64,000 bases of DNA, taken from the NCBI GenBank assembly GCA_040220235.1, contig JAVJTO010000118.1; one strand, written 5' to 3'. The translations under genes and the position numbers were made by a program. Under the pieces are notes generated by a model. The model did no database searches, was not told the DNA's origin, and was given only the letters and a program-made list of their open reading frames with translations. This document shows positions 1 to 9,129 of this stretch, one piece after another. Each line of letters starts with the position of its first letter. Within the stretch, counting starts at the first letter, position 1. The stretch comes from Coleofasciculus sp. B1-GNL1-01. Its GTDB lineage: Bacteria > Cyanobacteriota > Cyanobacteriia > Cyanobacteriales > Coleofasciculaceae.

Positions 1-2
1 AT

Positions 3-1178
3 GCCCGGGCAACTTTACATCGTATCGAACAAGCTACAGGGGCTAAACCTGCACTTATCTACGCCGTTTTTGTACCCACCACAGTAGCGCCCCAAACTCG
101 CAGCCAAGACAGTCAATCTTCAGCCAAGGAGTCTCCCTCACGAGATAGTGATCAACTCGAAATTATCCTCGTCACCGCCAATGGAGAACTCATACGCCGC
201 CCTATACCGGGTGCAACCCGCGAAAAAGTAATGGATACTGCCAAAAAATTGCGCCGCGCCGTTACGGATACTCGCATTCCTCGTCCCTATCAACGTTATG
301 CCCAACAGTTGTATCAGTGGTTAATTGCACCCTTAGAAACAGAATTAAAGACGCAAGAGATTAATAATCTAGCCTTCATTATGGATCAGGGATTACGTTC
401 CCTACCTCTGGCTGTTTTGCATGATGGGGATAAATTTATCATTGAACAATATAGTATCGGTTTCATGCCTAGTCTTTCGCTTACCGATACCCGCTATCGG
501 GATGTGAGAGATGTGCAGGTTTTAGCTATGGGTGCGTCTCAATTTACGGATCAAAATCCCTTACCGGCTGTACCTACTGAATTATCCGCGATCGCGACTC
601 AATTATGGCAGGGGAAATCGTTCCTTAATGAAACCTTTACCGCCGCTAATTTGAAAACAGCCAGGGCATCTCAACCCTTTGGAATCATCCATTTAGCCAC
701 CCATGGTGAATTTAAATCGGGTCAACCCAGTTCTTCTTATATTCAGTTTTGGGATCGTAAACTCAGACTGAGTGATATCCGCCAATTGGGATTACATGAC
801 CCCACGGCTGAACTGATGGTATTAAGTGCTTGTCGGACGGCTTTAGGGAATGAAGAAGCGGAGTTAGGATTTACGGGATTAGCGGTACAAACTGGGGTTA
901 AATCTGCCCTAGGAAGTTTATGGTATGTCAGTGATGAAGGCACGTTAGCCTTAATGACAGGTTTTTATGAACAATTACAGCAATCACCTCTGAAAGCCGA
1001 AGCATTACGACAGGCACAATTAGCGATGATTCGCGGACAAGTGCGATTAAAAGATGGTTACTTGATCACGCCAAATCGTCGAATTGCTTTACCGCCAGCA
1101 TTAGCTAATTTGTCAAAAAAGGAACTCACTCATCCTTATTATTGGAGTGCGTTTACTTTAGTTGGAAGTCCGTGGTGA
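3..1178 (+). CDS. CHAT (caspase-like) domain protein, C-terminal part; starts upstream of the window
   Basis: Frame is open from base 3 (ARATLHRIEQATGAKPALIY...). CHAT motifs HLATHG, VLSAC, SLWYVSD and HPYYWSAFTLVGSPW are present. Confidence 0.9.
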   Translation, partial: ARATLHRIEQATGAKPALIYAVFVPTTVAPQTRSQDSQSSAKESPSRDSDQLEIILVTANGELIRRPIPGATREKVMDTAKKLRRAVTDTRIPRPYQRYAQQLYQWLIAPLETELKTQEINNLAFIMDQGLRSLPLAVLHDGDKFIIEQYSIGFMPSLSLTDTRYRDVRDVQVLAMGASQFTDQNPLPAVPTELSAIATQLWQGKSFLNETFTAANLKTARASQPFGIIHLATHGEFKSGQPSSSYIQFWDRKLRLSDIRQLGLHDPTAELMVLSACRTALGNEEAELGFTGLAVQTGVKSALGSLWYVSDEGTLALMTGFYEQLQQSPLKAEALRQAQLAMIRGQVRLKDGYLITPNRRIALPPALANLSKKELTHPYYWSAFTLVGSPW

Positions 1179-1255
1179 GAGAGTTTTGAACCACCGCTAA
1201 GCCCTATTGCTGTCCAATATTATGGCAAATCAAACTAACAATTTAGCACACTAAG

Positions 1256-1669
1256 TATAGCAACCGCCATAGCGGTTAGGACACATCATTTATGTAGAGA
1301 CGCGCCATGGCGCGTCTCTACAATGGTGCTATTGCCTATTGCCTATTGCCTATTCCCTGGCGCGTAGCGCTATAACTGCTCTCGACTCGCCCTGCTCGCC
1401 CTGCCAAATGTGGTAGTTTCCGATAATTAATTATACGCAATTTAGGGTTACATAGAGAAAATTAACACTTTATTTTTAGGCAATGGTTTATGTCGATTTT
1501 CCTTGGTTTTTCTGATACCTGATGTAGGGCGACCCGATAAAATTTATAGGTCAATTGTGTTCATTTTTGCAGCGGGTCGCCCCTACCATTCAATAAACGC
1601 TTACCTGACAAGGGATTGAGCGATTTAAATTTTTCTTGATATGTCCTAACCTTAATGCGTAGTGCTATA
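1256..1669. mobile_element. Composite non-autonomous element(s) with TA-bounded IS630-type ends
   Basis: Left end TATAGCAACCGCCATAGCGGTTAGGACA; right end TGTCCTAACCTTAATGCGTAGTGCTATA (imperfect inverted repeat). Interior holds a 28-bp palindrome (1294-1321), CCTATTG heptamers and a 113-bp dispersed repeat. Confidence 0.5.
1474..1586. repeat. 113-bp dispersed repeat containing a GTAG-GGCGACCCG palindrome pair
   Basis: Near-identical reverse-complement copy at 24245-24357. Confidence 0.85.
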
Positions 1670-1686
1670 CATAAGAAGAATGACGA

Positions 1687-2988
1687 TTACTCCTCTGGAT
1701 TAGTAATTAACCGAGTGCCACGATTCCGGGTGAAATAACTCCATGCCCATTGCACCATAACGATGATTTTATTATCAAATTCAATTAGGAAAAAGATATG
1801 CACAAAAATCCAGCTTAACCACGCCAAAAAGCCGGAGAATTTCACAAATCCGAGATTCACCACCGCCGCATTGCGTCCAATCACGGCTAAACTACCATAG
1901 TCTGTATAGTGAAATTGAGGTAATGTTTCTCCTTTGAGACGTTTTTGGATTAAATTGGCTACATATTGCCCCTCTTGCATGGCAACGGGGGCGACACCGG
2001 GTAAGGGTTTGCCGTCGTCGTATTGGTGGGGGAAATTGGCTAAGTCACCGATGACAAAAATATTGGCATATCCTGGTACAGTCAGATCAGGATTAACAAT
2101 TACTCGTCCAGCGCGATCGCACTCTACCCCTGTAGCCTTTGCCAGTACCTCTCCGATGGGGGAGGCTTTCATCCCAGCAGCCCAGAGGATCGTTTTTGCG
2201 GTAATCTGTTCAGTGCGATCGCCGCTTTTAATCGTCACCTGATCCTCGTCTATATTGGTAACCAGCGTCTTTGTCTGTACCTGAACCCCTAAATGCTCAA
2301 GTTCCGCTTGCGCTTCGGCAGATAATTGGGGTGGATAGGGAGGCAATACTCGATCCATTCCTTCTAATAAAATAATCTGAGTTTCTGCGGTATCAATGTG
2401 GCGGAAATCCTGGTTTAATGTACTATGAGCCAGTTCTGCTAATGCCCCTGCCAATTCTACTCCTGTCGGTCCACCGCCGACAATCACAAAGGTTAACCAC
2501 GCCCGACGTTGATCAGGATCAGCTTCTTTTTCTGCCGTTTCAAATGCCGATAAAATGCGTCGCCGTATTTCTAACGCATCTTCAATGGTTTTTAATCCAG
2601 GTGCTTTCTCTGCCCATTGATCGTTGCCGAAATAGTGATGACTTACACCTGTCGCCACAATTAAAGTATCATACTTAATCGTGTTACCATCCTTAAGTTT
2701 AATCAAGCAATCCTGAGGATTGATATCGATCACTTCTCCCATTAATACTTGCGTATTTTTCTGACGCTTCAGTACGGCGCGTAGGGGAGAAGCAATATCG
2801 CCAGGAGATAAACCACCTGTAGCCACTTGGTACAACAGAGGCTGAAATAAATGAAAATTACGTTTATCAATTAACGTTACTTGAACCGATGCCCTCGCCA
2901 GCGATTGGGCGGCATAAAGTCCACCAAACCCACCACCTATAATTACTACATGTTCAGGGGATTGATTATCAATTGCTGCATTAACCAT
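1687..2988 (-). CDS. ndh: Type II NADH dehydrogenase (FAD-dependent pyridine nucleotide oxidoreductase)
   Basis: GGGFGG FAD motif, FQPLLYQVATG, second Rossmann motif GGGPTGVELAG, and WAAG. Confidence 0.92.
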   Translation of the reverse strand: MVNAAIDNQSPEHVVIIGGGFGGLYAAQSLARASVQVTLIDKRNFHLFQPLLYQVATGGLSPGDIASPLRAVLKRQKNTQVLMGEVIDINPQDCLIKLKDGNTIKYDTLIVATGVSHHYFGNDQWAEKAPGLKTIEDALEIRRRILSAFETAEKEADPDQRRAWLTFVIVGGGPTGVELAGALAELAHSTLNQDFRHIDTAETQIILLEGMDRVLPPYPPQLSAEAQAELEHLGVQVQTKTLVTNIDEDQVTIKSGDRTEQITAKTILWAAGMKASPIGEVLAKATGVECDRAGRVIVNPDLTVPGYANIFVIGDLANFPHQYDDGKPLPGVAPVAMQEGQYVANLIQKRLKGETLPQFHYTDYGSLAVIGRNAAVVNLGFVKFSGFLAWLSWIFVHIFFLIEFDNKIIVMVQWAWSYFTRNRGTRLITNPEE

Positions 2989-3086
2989 CAGTTATCGTTT
3001 CGTTCCTAACTCAGTTGGCAAAATTATAGGTTGTCATTTGTTCCTGGTAAGATATTGAACCCGTTTTAACGGGTTTAATGCTCTCT

Positions 3087-3752
3087 CTAACGCCGCTTCA
3101 ACGCTAAAGTTAATCCATCAGCAATCGGGACTAAACTTAAAATAACCTGTTCATCTTGACTAATGGCTTGGTTAAATGCTCGAATCGCGGCGGTATTTTT
3201 ATCTTGCATCTGAGGATCAGCAACTCGTCCCCTCCAAAGGACATTATCAATAGCAATTAAACCCCCCGGACGAATTAATTGCAGCGATCGCTCATAGTAT
3301 GCCAGATAATTTACTTTATCAGCATCGATAAACGCAAAATCAAACGTTTCTGCTTGCCCTGCTGCCAATAATTCATCCAAAGTCTCCAAAGCAGGCGCTA
3401 ATCGTAAGTCTATTTTATCTGAGACTCCGGCGGCATCCCAGTAACGGCGGGCAATGGCGGTATAGTCTTCACTCACATCACAGGCGACAATCTTGCCATC
3501 CTTGGGTAAGGCTAAGGCGACAGCTAAAGCACTGTAGCCTGTGAATACGCCAATTTCTAAGGTTTTCTTAGCACCCATAAGCTGAATTAATAATGCCATA
3601 AACTGCCCTTGTTCTGGGGCGATTTGCATGGCGCTATCTGGATGGGTGGCGGTTTCTTGTCGTAATTTTTGCAGGATATCGGGTTCTCGCAAGGATACCG
3701 ATAATAGGTATTTATACAGTGGAGTATCTAAACCGAGGGTTTTATTAGACAT
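3087..3752 (-). CDS. SAM-dependent O-methyltransferase (caffeoyl-CoA OMT / Methyltransf_3 family)
   Basis: LEIGVFTGYS, FIDADK and IDNVLW motifs. Start re-placed to MSNKTLG because the longer ORF reads through repeats. Confidence 0.9.
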   Translation of the reverse strand: MSNKTLGLDTPLYKYLLSVSLREPDILQKLRQETATHPDSAMQIAPEQGQFMALLIQLMGAKKTLEIGVFTGYSALAVALALPKDGKIVACDVSEDYTAIARRYWDAAGVSDKIDLRLAPALETLDELLAAGQAETFDFAFIDADKVNYLAYYERSLQLIRPGGLIAIDNVLWRGRVADPQMQDKNTAAIRAFNQAISQDEQVILSLVPIADGLTLALKRR

Positions 3753-3785
3753 AGGCAATAGGGAACAGGGAATAGGGAGCAGGGG

Positions 3786-3861
3786 AAGCTGGGTTCGTAG
3801 TAGGCACTTTAGTGCCAGAAGCGCTTTAGCGCTTACTACAAACTCTAAAGTCAGTGACATT
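3786..3861. repeat. Dispersed palindromic repeat (GTTCGTAGT...GCACTTTAGTGC...ACTACAAAC family)
   Basis: Near-identical to 7016-7091; reverse copy at 42677-42729. Confidence 0.8.
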
Positions 3862-3978
3862 CGACTTAAGGGCGTAGCCGCGATCGCAGGATGCAGATAT
3901 TGATATCTATCCGATCTAACTCTGTTATGTTGACTTTTAGCATATTTTCCAATACATGCCAATCTACCTAAGGGTCAA

Positions 3979-4042
3979 GTCAGGGCGGGTTTAGTTACAT
4001 TGGGGTGAGATAAGACACAATAGTAGTCAAACCCGCCCCTAC
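3979..4042. repeat. REP/REPIN-like element GGGCGGGTTT-spacer-AAACCCGCCCCTAC
   Basis: Inverted arms ending in CTAC (GTAG on the other strand); many copies in the window. Confidence 0.8.
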
Positions 4043-4064
4043 ACCCTAGCCACTTTAGCGAGAA

Positions 4065-7000
4065 ATGGAACCACAAACCTACGCCCAACTTCAACAACGA
4101 AACCAACTCTTAGAGAATATTTATCAAGGCGTTGCTCATCCGATTATAGTAATTGATGTTTTACCGTCTGGTGAATTTCGTGTCGTGGAGATGAATCGAG
4201 CATCTGAACGATGGATGGAAAAAAATCTGGCGGAGATGAAAGACAAGTCTCCTGAGCAAATTTTTCCGGCGGATGAAGCTACCGCTATTTTGGATAATTA
4301 TACCCGATGCGTTCAAGAGGGACGTGTGATTGTCTATGAAACCTATTGCCAATCTCAAGATAGTTGGTGGTTAACCACGCTCACACCTTTGTATAATCAA
4401 GAGTCGCGGATTTATCGCCTAATTAGTAGTAGCCTGGATATTAGCGAACGCAGAAAAACAGAAGTTAACGTCTCTCATTTTTTCAACAAGATATTGATAT
4501 CTAACCTGAATCAACGCACCATTGATTTACGCCATACCAGTCAAAAACTGGTTCAAGAAATTCAATATTGTCAGCACGTCAACCGTAAACTCAAAGAAAA
4601 TGAACAGAACTTGCGCCAAATTGCGGAAACCCTTCGGGAAGTCTTATTTATCCGCACTGTTAATCAGATGATTTATGTTAGTCCAGCTTACGAAAAAATC
4701 TGGGGACTCTCTTGTGAATCTCTCTATCAACAGCCAGAATCTTGGCAAGATGTGATTCATCCAGACGATCGCGATCGCATAATTACCGAATGGCAAACTC
4801 ACGTCTGGGACAAACCCTTTGAACAAGAATATCGGATTATCCAACCCAATGGTGAACAGCGTTGGATTTGGGCGCGGACTTTGCCAATTCTCGATGACTT
4901 TGGACAAGTTAACCGCAATGTGGGAATTGCTGAAGATATCACCGATCGCAAGCAAGTTGAGGAACATTTACGTCAAAGCCAAGCCAAACTTGCTGAAGCA
5001 GAAGAAATGGCTCATCTGGGTCATTGGCATTATGATATGATGACTCATAAAATTACTTGGTCAGCCGAAACATTCCGGATTTTTGGTCGAGATCCGGATC
5101 ACGGTGAACCAACTTATGCACAACTGGTACACCAGATTACTCATCCCGATGACCGCAAATATTTTACTCAAACCGTTGCCCATAGTATCCAATATAAACA
5201 ACCCTATAAATTAGACTATCGACTGATTCGTCCCAATGGTTCGATTCGCCACATTTTCGCTAAAGGGAAACCGATTTTAAACTCAGACAACCAGATAATT
5301 GGTGTATTTGGTACAATTCTCGACATCACAAATCTCAAGCAAACTGAATCAGCATTGCGCCAGAGTGAAGAAACGTTCCGTCAGTTTGCAGAGAATATTC
5401 AAGATGTTTTCTGGATGACAAATGTAGAGAAAACCCAAAATATTTATATTAGTCCGGCTTACGAAACAATTTGGGGTCAACCCTGTGCTTCTTGGTATAC
5501 TGATTGCCTATCATGGTTGGATACAATTCACCCCGATGATCGCGATCGCATCCGCAGCGCTATCAACAAAGAGGTATTAGGCGAGTATGATGAAGAGTAT
5601 CGGATACTACGACCCGATGGAGAAATGCGTTGGATTTGCGATCGCGCTTTTCCCATCTACAATGAACAAGGTGAAATGTACCGCATTGCTGGAATTGCTC
5701 AGGATATCACCGAGCGTAAACAAACAGAACTTGCCTTACAAAAAAGTGAGCAACGATTCCGGCAAATTTTTGATCATGCTCCCATTGGCATGTCTCTGAT
5801 CAACTTTCATACCCATCAGTTTATTCAAGTCAATCCGGCTTATTATCAGACACTGGGATATTCGGAATCAGAAATCATGTCGCTTACCTTTGACGATTTT
5901 ACCCATCCTGATGATCTAGGGCATGATTTACACTACATGGAACAAATTGATCAGAGGGAAATCGATAGTTTCCGGATGCCGAAACGCTATTTTAAAAAGA
6001 ATGGTGAGATTGTCTGGGCAAATCTAACCGTTGCGGTGCTGCGCGACTTGATTGGCGAACCTGTATTTTGTGTTGCCATGATCGAAGATATTAGTCACCA
6101 GCAACAGTTACAAGATGAATTAACCCAAAGTGAACAACGATTCCAAACCTCGCTGGATAATATATTAGATTGCTTTGGGTTGTATAAACCTATTCGCGAT
6201 GATTCGGGTCAAATTATTGATTTTGTCATTGAGTATGTCAATGATGCTACTAATCAGTATCACTGTTTTACTCAACCCGTACAAAGAGGTCAACGAATCT
6301 ACTCGATTTTGCTTCCTCCTTATCAAGATGAGTTATTCGATGCCTACTGTCAGGTTGTGGAAACAGGTCAACCATTGGTTAAAGAATTACTCTTCTATGA
6401 TGATTTATCCCATCCACAAAATTTGAGACAAGCCTTTGATATTCGTGCTGTTCGTTTCGATGAGGGGTTAGCCATAACCTGGCGCGATATTACCCAACGA
6501 AAGCAAGGAGAAGCGCAAATTAAAGCGTCCTTAATCGAAAAAGAAACCTTGCTCAAAGAAATTCATCATCGAGTCAAGAATAATCTACAAATTATCTCCA
6601 GCTTATTGCGCTTACAGGCAAGAAAAATGAAAGCACCCGAAATACTAGAACTCTTGCAAGAAAGTCAAAATCGCGTGCAAGCAATGGCACTGATTCACGA
6701 AAAACTATATCAGTCTGAGAATTTATCCCAGATTAACTTTGGCGCTTATATCCAAAGTCTGGTTGACTCTCTCTCTCGTTGCTATGGAGCAAGGCAAAAA
6801 GGAATTACCTTTAATCTGACAATTGCTCCCGTCTCGCTGTCGATTGATACCGCTATTCCCTGTGGATTAATTGTTAATGAATTAATATCCAATTCCCTAA
6901 AATATGCCTTTCCTGACTCTCGCAATGGTGAAATTAGCATCACTCTCCAGACGAGAGGAGGAACTAATGAAGGCGAAGGGGAGGATCAGGGAGATAGGGG

Positions 7001-7343
7001 GAATGTCGCTGACTTAAGCTGGGTTCGTAGTACGCACTTTAGTGCCATAAGCGCTGAAGCGCTGACTACAAACTCTAAAGTCAGTGCCATTGGAGATGGG
7101 GAAGATGGGGAAAACAACTTAACAAACGCCACTTCAGACTCTCTATCCTCTGTTCACCAAAAACAATTATGCTTGACCATCGGTGATAATGGCATTGGTT
7201 TCCCAGAGGACGTGGATTTCAGGCAAACCTCGTCTCTAGGCTTACAGCTTGTGTGTCGGTTGACTAAGCAACTCAACGGTGAGATAAAACTTGATCGCAA
7301 TCAGGGAACTTTATTTATAATAGTATTCAACCGGAGTTGCTAA
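4065..7343 (+). CDS. Multi-PAS sensor histidine kinase (HisKA_2 type)
   Basis: Repeated PAS/PAC motifs (IHPDDRDR, DITERKQ). H-box LLKEIHHRVKNNLQ, N-box NELISNSLKYAF, DNGIG and SLGLQLV. Confidence 0.93.
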   Translation: MEPQTYAQLQQRNQLLENIYQGVAHPIIVIDVLPSGEFRVVEMNRASERWMEKNLAEMKDKSPEQIFPADEATAILDNYTRCVQEGRVIVYETYCQSQDSWWLTTLTPLYNQESRIYRLISSSLDISERRKTEVNVSHFFNKILISNLNQRTIDLRHTSQKLVQEIQYCQHVNRKLKENEQNLRQIAETLREVLFIRTVNQMIYVSPAYEKIWGLSCESLYQQPESWQDVIHPDDRDRIITEWQTHVWDKPFEQEYRIIQPNGEQRWIWARTLPILDDFGQVNRNVGIAEDITDRKQVEEHLRQSQAKLAEAEEMAHLGHWHYDMMTHKITWSAETFRIFGRDPDHGEPTYAQLVHQITHPDDRKYFTQTVAHSIQYKQPYKLDYRLIRPNGSIRHIFAKGKPILNSDNQIIGVFGTILDITNLKQTESALRQSEETFRQFAENIQDVFWMTNVEKTQNIYISPAYETIWGQPCASWYTDCLSWLDTIHPDDRDRIRSAINKEVLGEYDEEYRILRPDGEMRWICDRAFPIYNEQGEMYRIAGIAQDITERKQTELALQKSEQRFRQIFDHAPIGMSLINFHTHQFIQVNPAYYQTLGYSESEIMSLTFDDFTHPDDLGHDLHYMEQIDQREIDSFRMPKRYFKKNGEIVWANLTVAVLRDLIGEPVFCVAMIEDISHQQQLQDELTQSEQRFQTSLDNILDCFGLYKPIRDDSGQIIDFVIEYVNDATNQYHCFTQPVQRGQRIYSILLPPYQDELFDAYCQVVETGQPLVKELLFYDDLSHPQNLRQAFDIRAVRFDEGLAITWRDITQRKQGEAQIKASLIEKETLLKEIHHRVKNNLQIISSLLRLQARKMKAPEILELLQESQNRVQAMALIHEKLYQSENLSQINFGAYIQSLVDSLSRCYGARQKGITFNLTIAPVSLSIDTAIPCGLIVNELISNSLKYAFPDSRNGEISITLQTRGGTNEGEGEDQGDRGNVADLSWVRSTHFSAISAEALTTNSKVSAIGDGEDGENNLTNATSDSLSSVHQKQLCLTIGDNGIGFPEDVDFRQTSSLGLQLVCRLTKQLNGEIKLDRNQGTLFIIVFNRSC

Positions 7344-7396
7344 TCCTCTCAGATCAGAGCAGATAAACTTTAAGTGGTTTGGGTTTCCCTATGCTA

Positions 7397-7440
7397 TGTA
7401 TCAAAAAATACATCGATAGTTCTTTGGGTATTCATAAGAT
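7397..7440 (+). promoter_or_regulatory. Putative NtcA-activated promoter
   Basis: TGTA-TCAAAAAA-TACA matches GTA-N8-TAC, followed 23 nt later by TAAGAT (TAN3T), upstream of the 7534 gene. Confidence 0.55.
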
Positions 7441-7533
7441 ACTATAACTTATAGCACCAACAATATAAAGCTGTCTAAAACAACCAATCTGAGTTAAGTT
7501 GACCAACTCTTTACTAGCAAGGAAACAATCATC

Positions 7534-8631
7534 ATGATATCGAATGCGAGGCTGCTTATTGTCGAAGACGAAGAAATCGTGGCTTTTGATATTGAAACCA
7601 CTTTGCAGACATTAGGGTATGACGTTGTGGGGATAGTGACGACGGGAGAAGAGGCGATCGCCACGGCGACTCAAACTAAACCTGACTTAGTTCTCATGGA
7701 TATTCGACTCCCCGGAAAACTGGATGGAGTTGAAGCGGCTGAGGAGATTAGTCAACGTCTGAATATTCCCGTCGTCTATCTGACTGCCCATGGTGATGGA
7801 CATACCTTAGAGCGAGCCAAAATAACCGCCCCCTTTGGTTATCTGCTCAAACCCTTCCAAGAAGACGAACTGCAAACCACGATTGAAATTGCCCTCTCGC
7901 GCCATCAGTCTGAAGAACGGCTGCGGTTTGCCTTAGCCAAAGAAAAAGAATTAAACCAACTGAAAACACAGTTTATCGCCATCACCTCCCATGAATTCCG
8001 CACTCCTCTCACCACAATTAGTTCCTCAAACGATCTGCTGGAACGCTATTGTCGAGATACCATGGATACTAAAAAAGAAAAGCATTTGCGGCAAATTAAA
8101 CTATCTGTGAACCAGATGATTCAGTTGTTGGATGATGTTTTACTGCTCGGTAGAGCTGACTCGGGAAAAGTTGAACTACAACTTATTCCCGTAGATATCG
8201 TTGAATTTGGTCATAACTTAGTCGAAGAAATCCAGACCAATGCTGGGGAAGAATACCAAATTATCTTTAACCCCCAAGGTGAATTCACCGAGACTTGTCT
8301 GGATGTTAACCTATTGCGTCCCATCCTCTGTAATTTGCTGGCAAATGCGGTAAAATACTCCCCCCAAGGTGGCGTGGTCAAGTTTAATTTATTCAGTAGC
8401 GATACAAGTGTCACGTTCCAGATTAAAGACAGTGGAATTGGCATTCCCCCAGAAGCACAAAAGCACTTGTTTGAATCCTTCCATCGTGCCAGCAATGTCG
8501 GTAAAATTAAAGGAACAGGATTAGGACTTTCCATCGTCAAGCGCTGTGTGGACATTCATGGCGGTGAAATTAGCGTAGAGAGTGAAGTTAATGTCGGCAC
8601 AACCTTTACCGTTACCTTACCGTTGAAATAG
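7534..8631 (+). CDS. Receiver-HisKA-HATPase hybrid histidine kinase
   Basis: LLIVEDE, DLVLMDI and KPF receiver motifs; SHEFRTPL H-box, NAVKYS, DSGIG, GTGLGL. Confidence 0.93.
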   Translation: MISNARLLIVEDEEIVAFDIETTLQTLGYDVVGIVTTGEEAIATATQTKPDLVLMDIRLPGKLDGVEAAEEISQRLNIPVVYLTAHGDGHTLERAKITAPFGYLLKPFQEDELQTTIEIALSRHQSEERLRFALAKEKELNQLKTQFIAITSHEFRTPLTTISSSNDLLERYCRDTMDTKKEKHLRQIKLSVNQMIQLLDDVLLLGRADSGKVELQLIPVDIVEFGHNLVEEIQTNAGEEYQIIFNPQGEFTETCLDVNLLRPILCNLLANAVKYSPQGGVVKFNLFSSDTSVTFQIKDSGIGIPPEAQKHLFESFHRASNVGKIKGTGLGLSIVKRCVDIHGGEISVESEVNVGTTFTVTLPLK

Positions 8632-8925
8632 TGTTGATGGTTGATGGTTGATGGTTGACCCATACCTTTGATGGAACCGGGTGTCTGTGTAGGGGCGGGT
8701 TTCACTACTATCGTTTCTCACTTCACCCAGATGTAACTAAACCCGCCCAGACCGCACAACCTTTACCGTAACATCACCGTTGAAATAGTGTTGATTGTTG
8801 ATGATTGACCCATACCTTTGATGAAGGTGTCTGTGTAGGGGCGGGTTTCACTATTATCGTTTTTCACCTCACAACAGATGTAACTAAACCCGCCCAGACC
8901 ATACAAGGTTTACCGTGACATCACC
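8597..8925. repeat. Degenerate tandem repeat (~150-bp unit, just over 2 copies) including a gene 3' end and a REP-like pair
   Basis: Units begin at 8597, 8754 and 8901 with ACAA(CC/GG)TTTACCGT. REP pairs at 8689-8748 and 8835-8895. Confidence 0.8.
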
Positions 8926-8946
8926 CACGCCAGCCCTCACCCCCAG

Positions 8947-8972
8947 CCCCTCTCCCAAGCTTGGGAGAGGGG
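8947..8972. repeat. Perfect 26-bp palindrome CCCCTCTCCCAAGCTTGGGAGAGGGG; possible bidirectional terminator
   Basis: Seen directly, between convergent genes. A related hairpin lies at 27480-27501. Confidence 0.65.
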
Positions 8973-8989
8973 AGCAAGAGAATCCGATT

Positions 8990-9117
8990 TATCGCACTAC
9001 GGGCATAGGTTAGGACATTCCCCTATTGCCTATTCCCTATTGCCTATTCCCTATTGCCTATTCCCTATTCCCTTTTTACCCAATTTTATTGTCCTAACCT
9101 CAATGCGTATTGCTATA
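8990..9117. mobile_element. MITE with TA-bounded inverted ends, filled with CCTATT(G/C) heptamers
   Basis: Left end TATCGCACTACGGGCATAGGTTAGGACA; right end TGTCCTAACCTCAATGCGTATTGCTATA. Confidence 0.65.
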
Positions 9118-9129
9118 ACCAATGACAAA

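Noticed and set aside
3753..3962. 70-aa N-terminal extension of the O-methyltransferase
   Set aside because: It is a read-through of heptamer repeats and a dispersed palindromic element.
6955..7165. Intein in the histidine kinase
   Set aside because: No Cys/Ser start or His-Asn end motifs; the insert is explained by DNA repeats.
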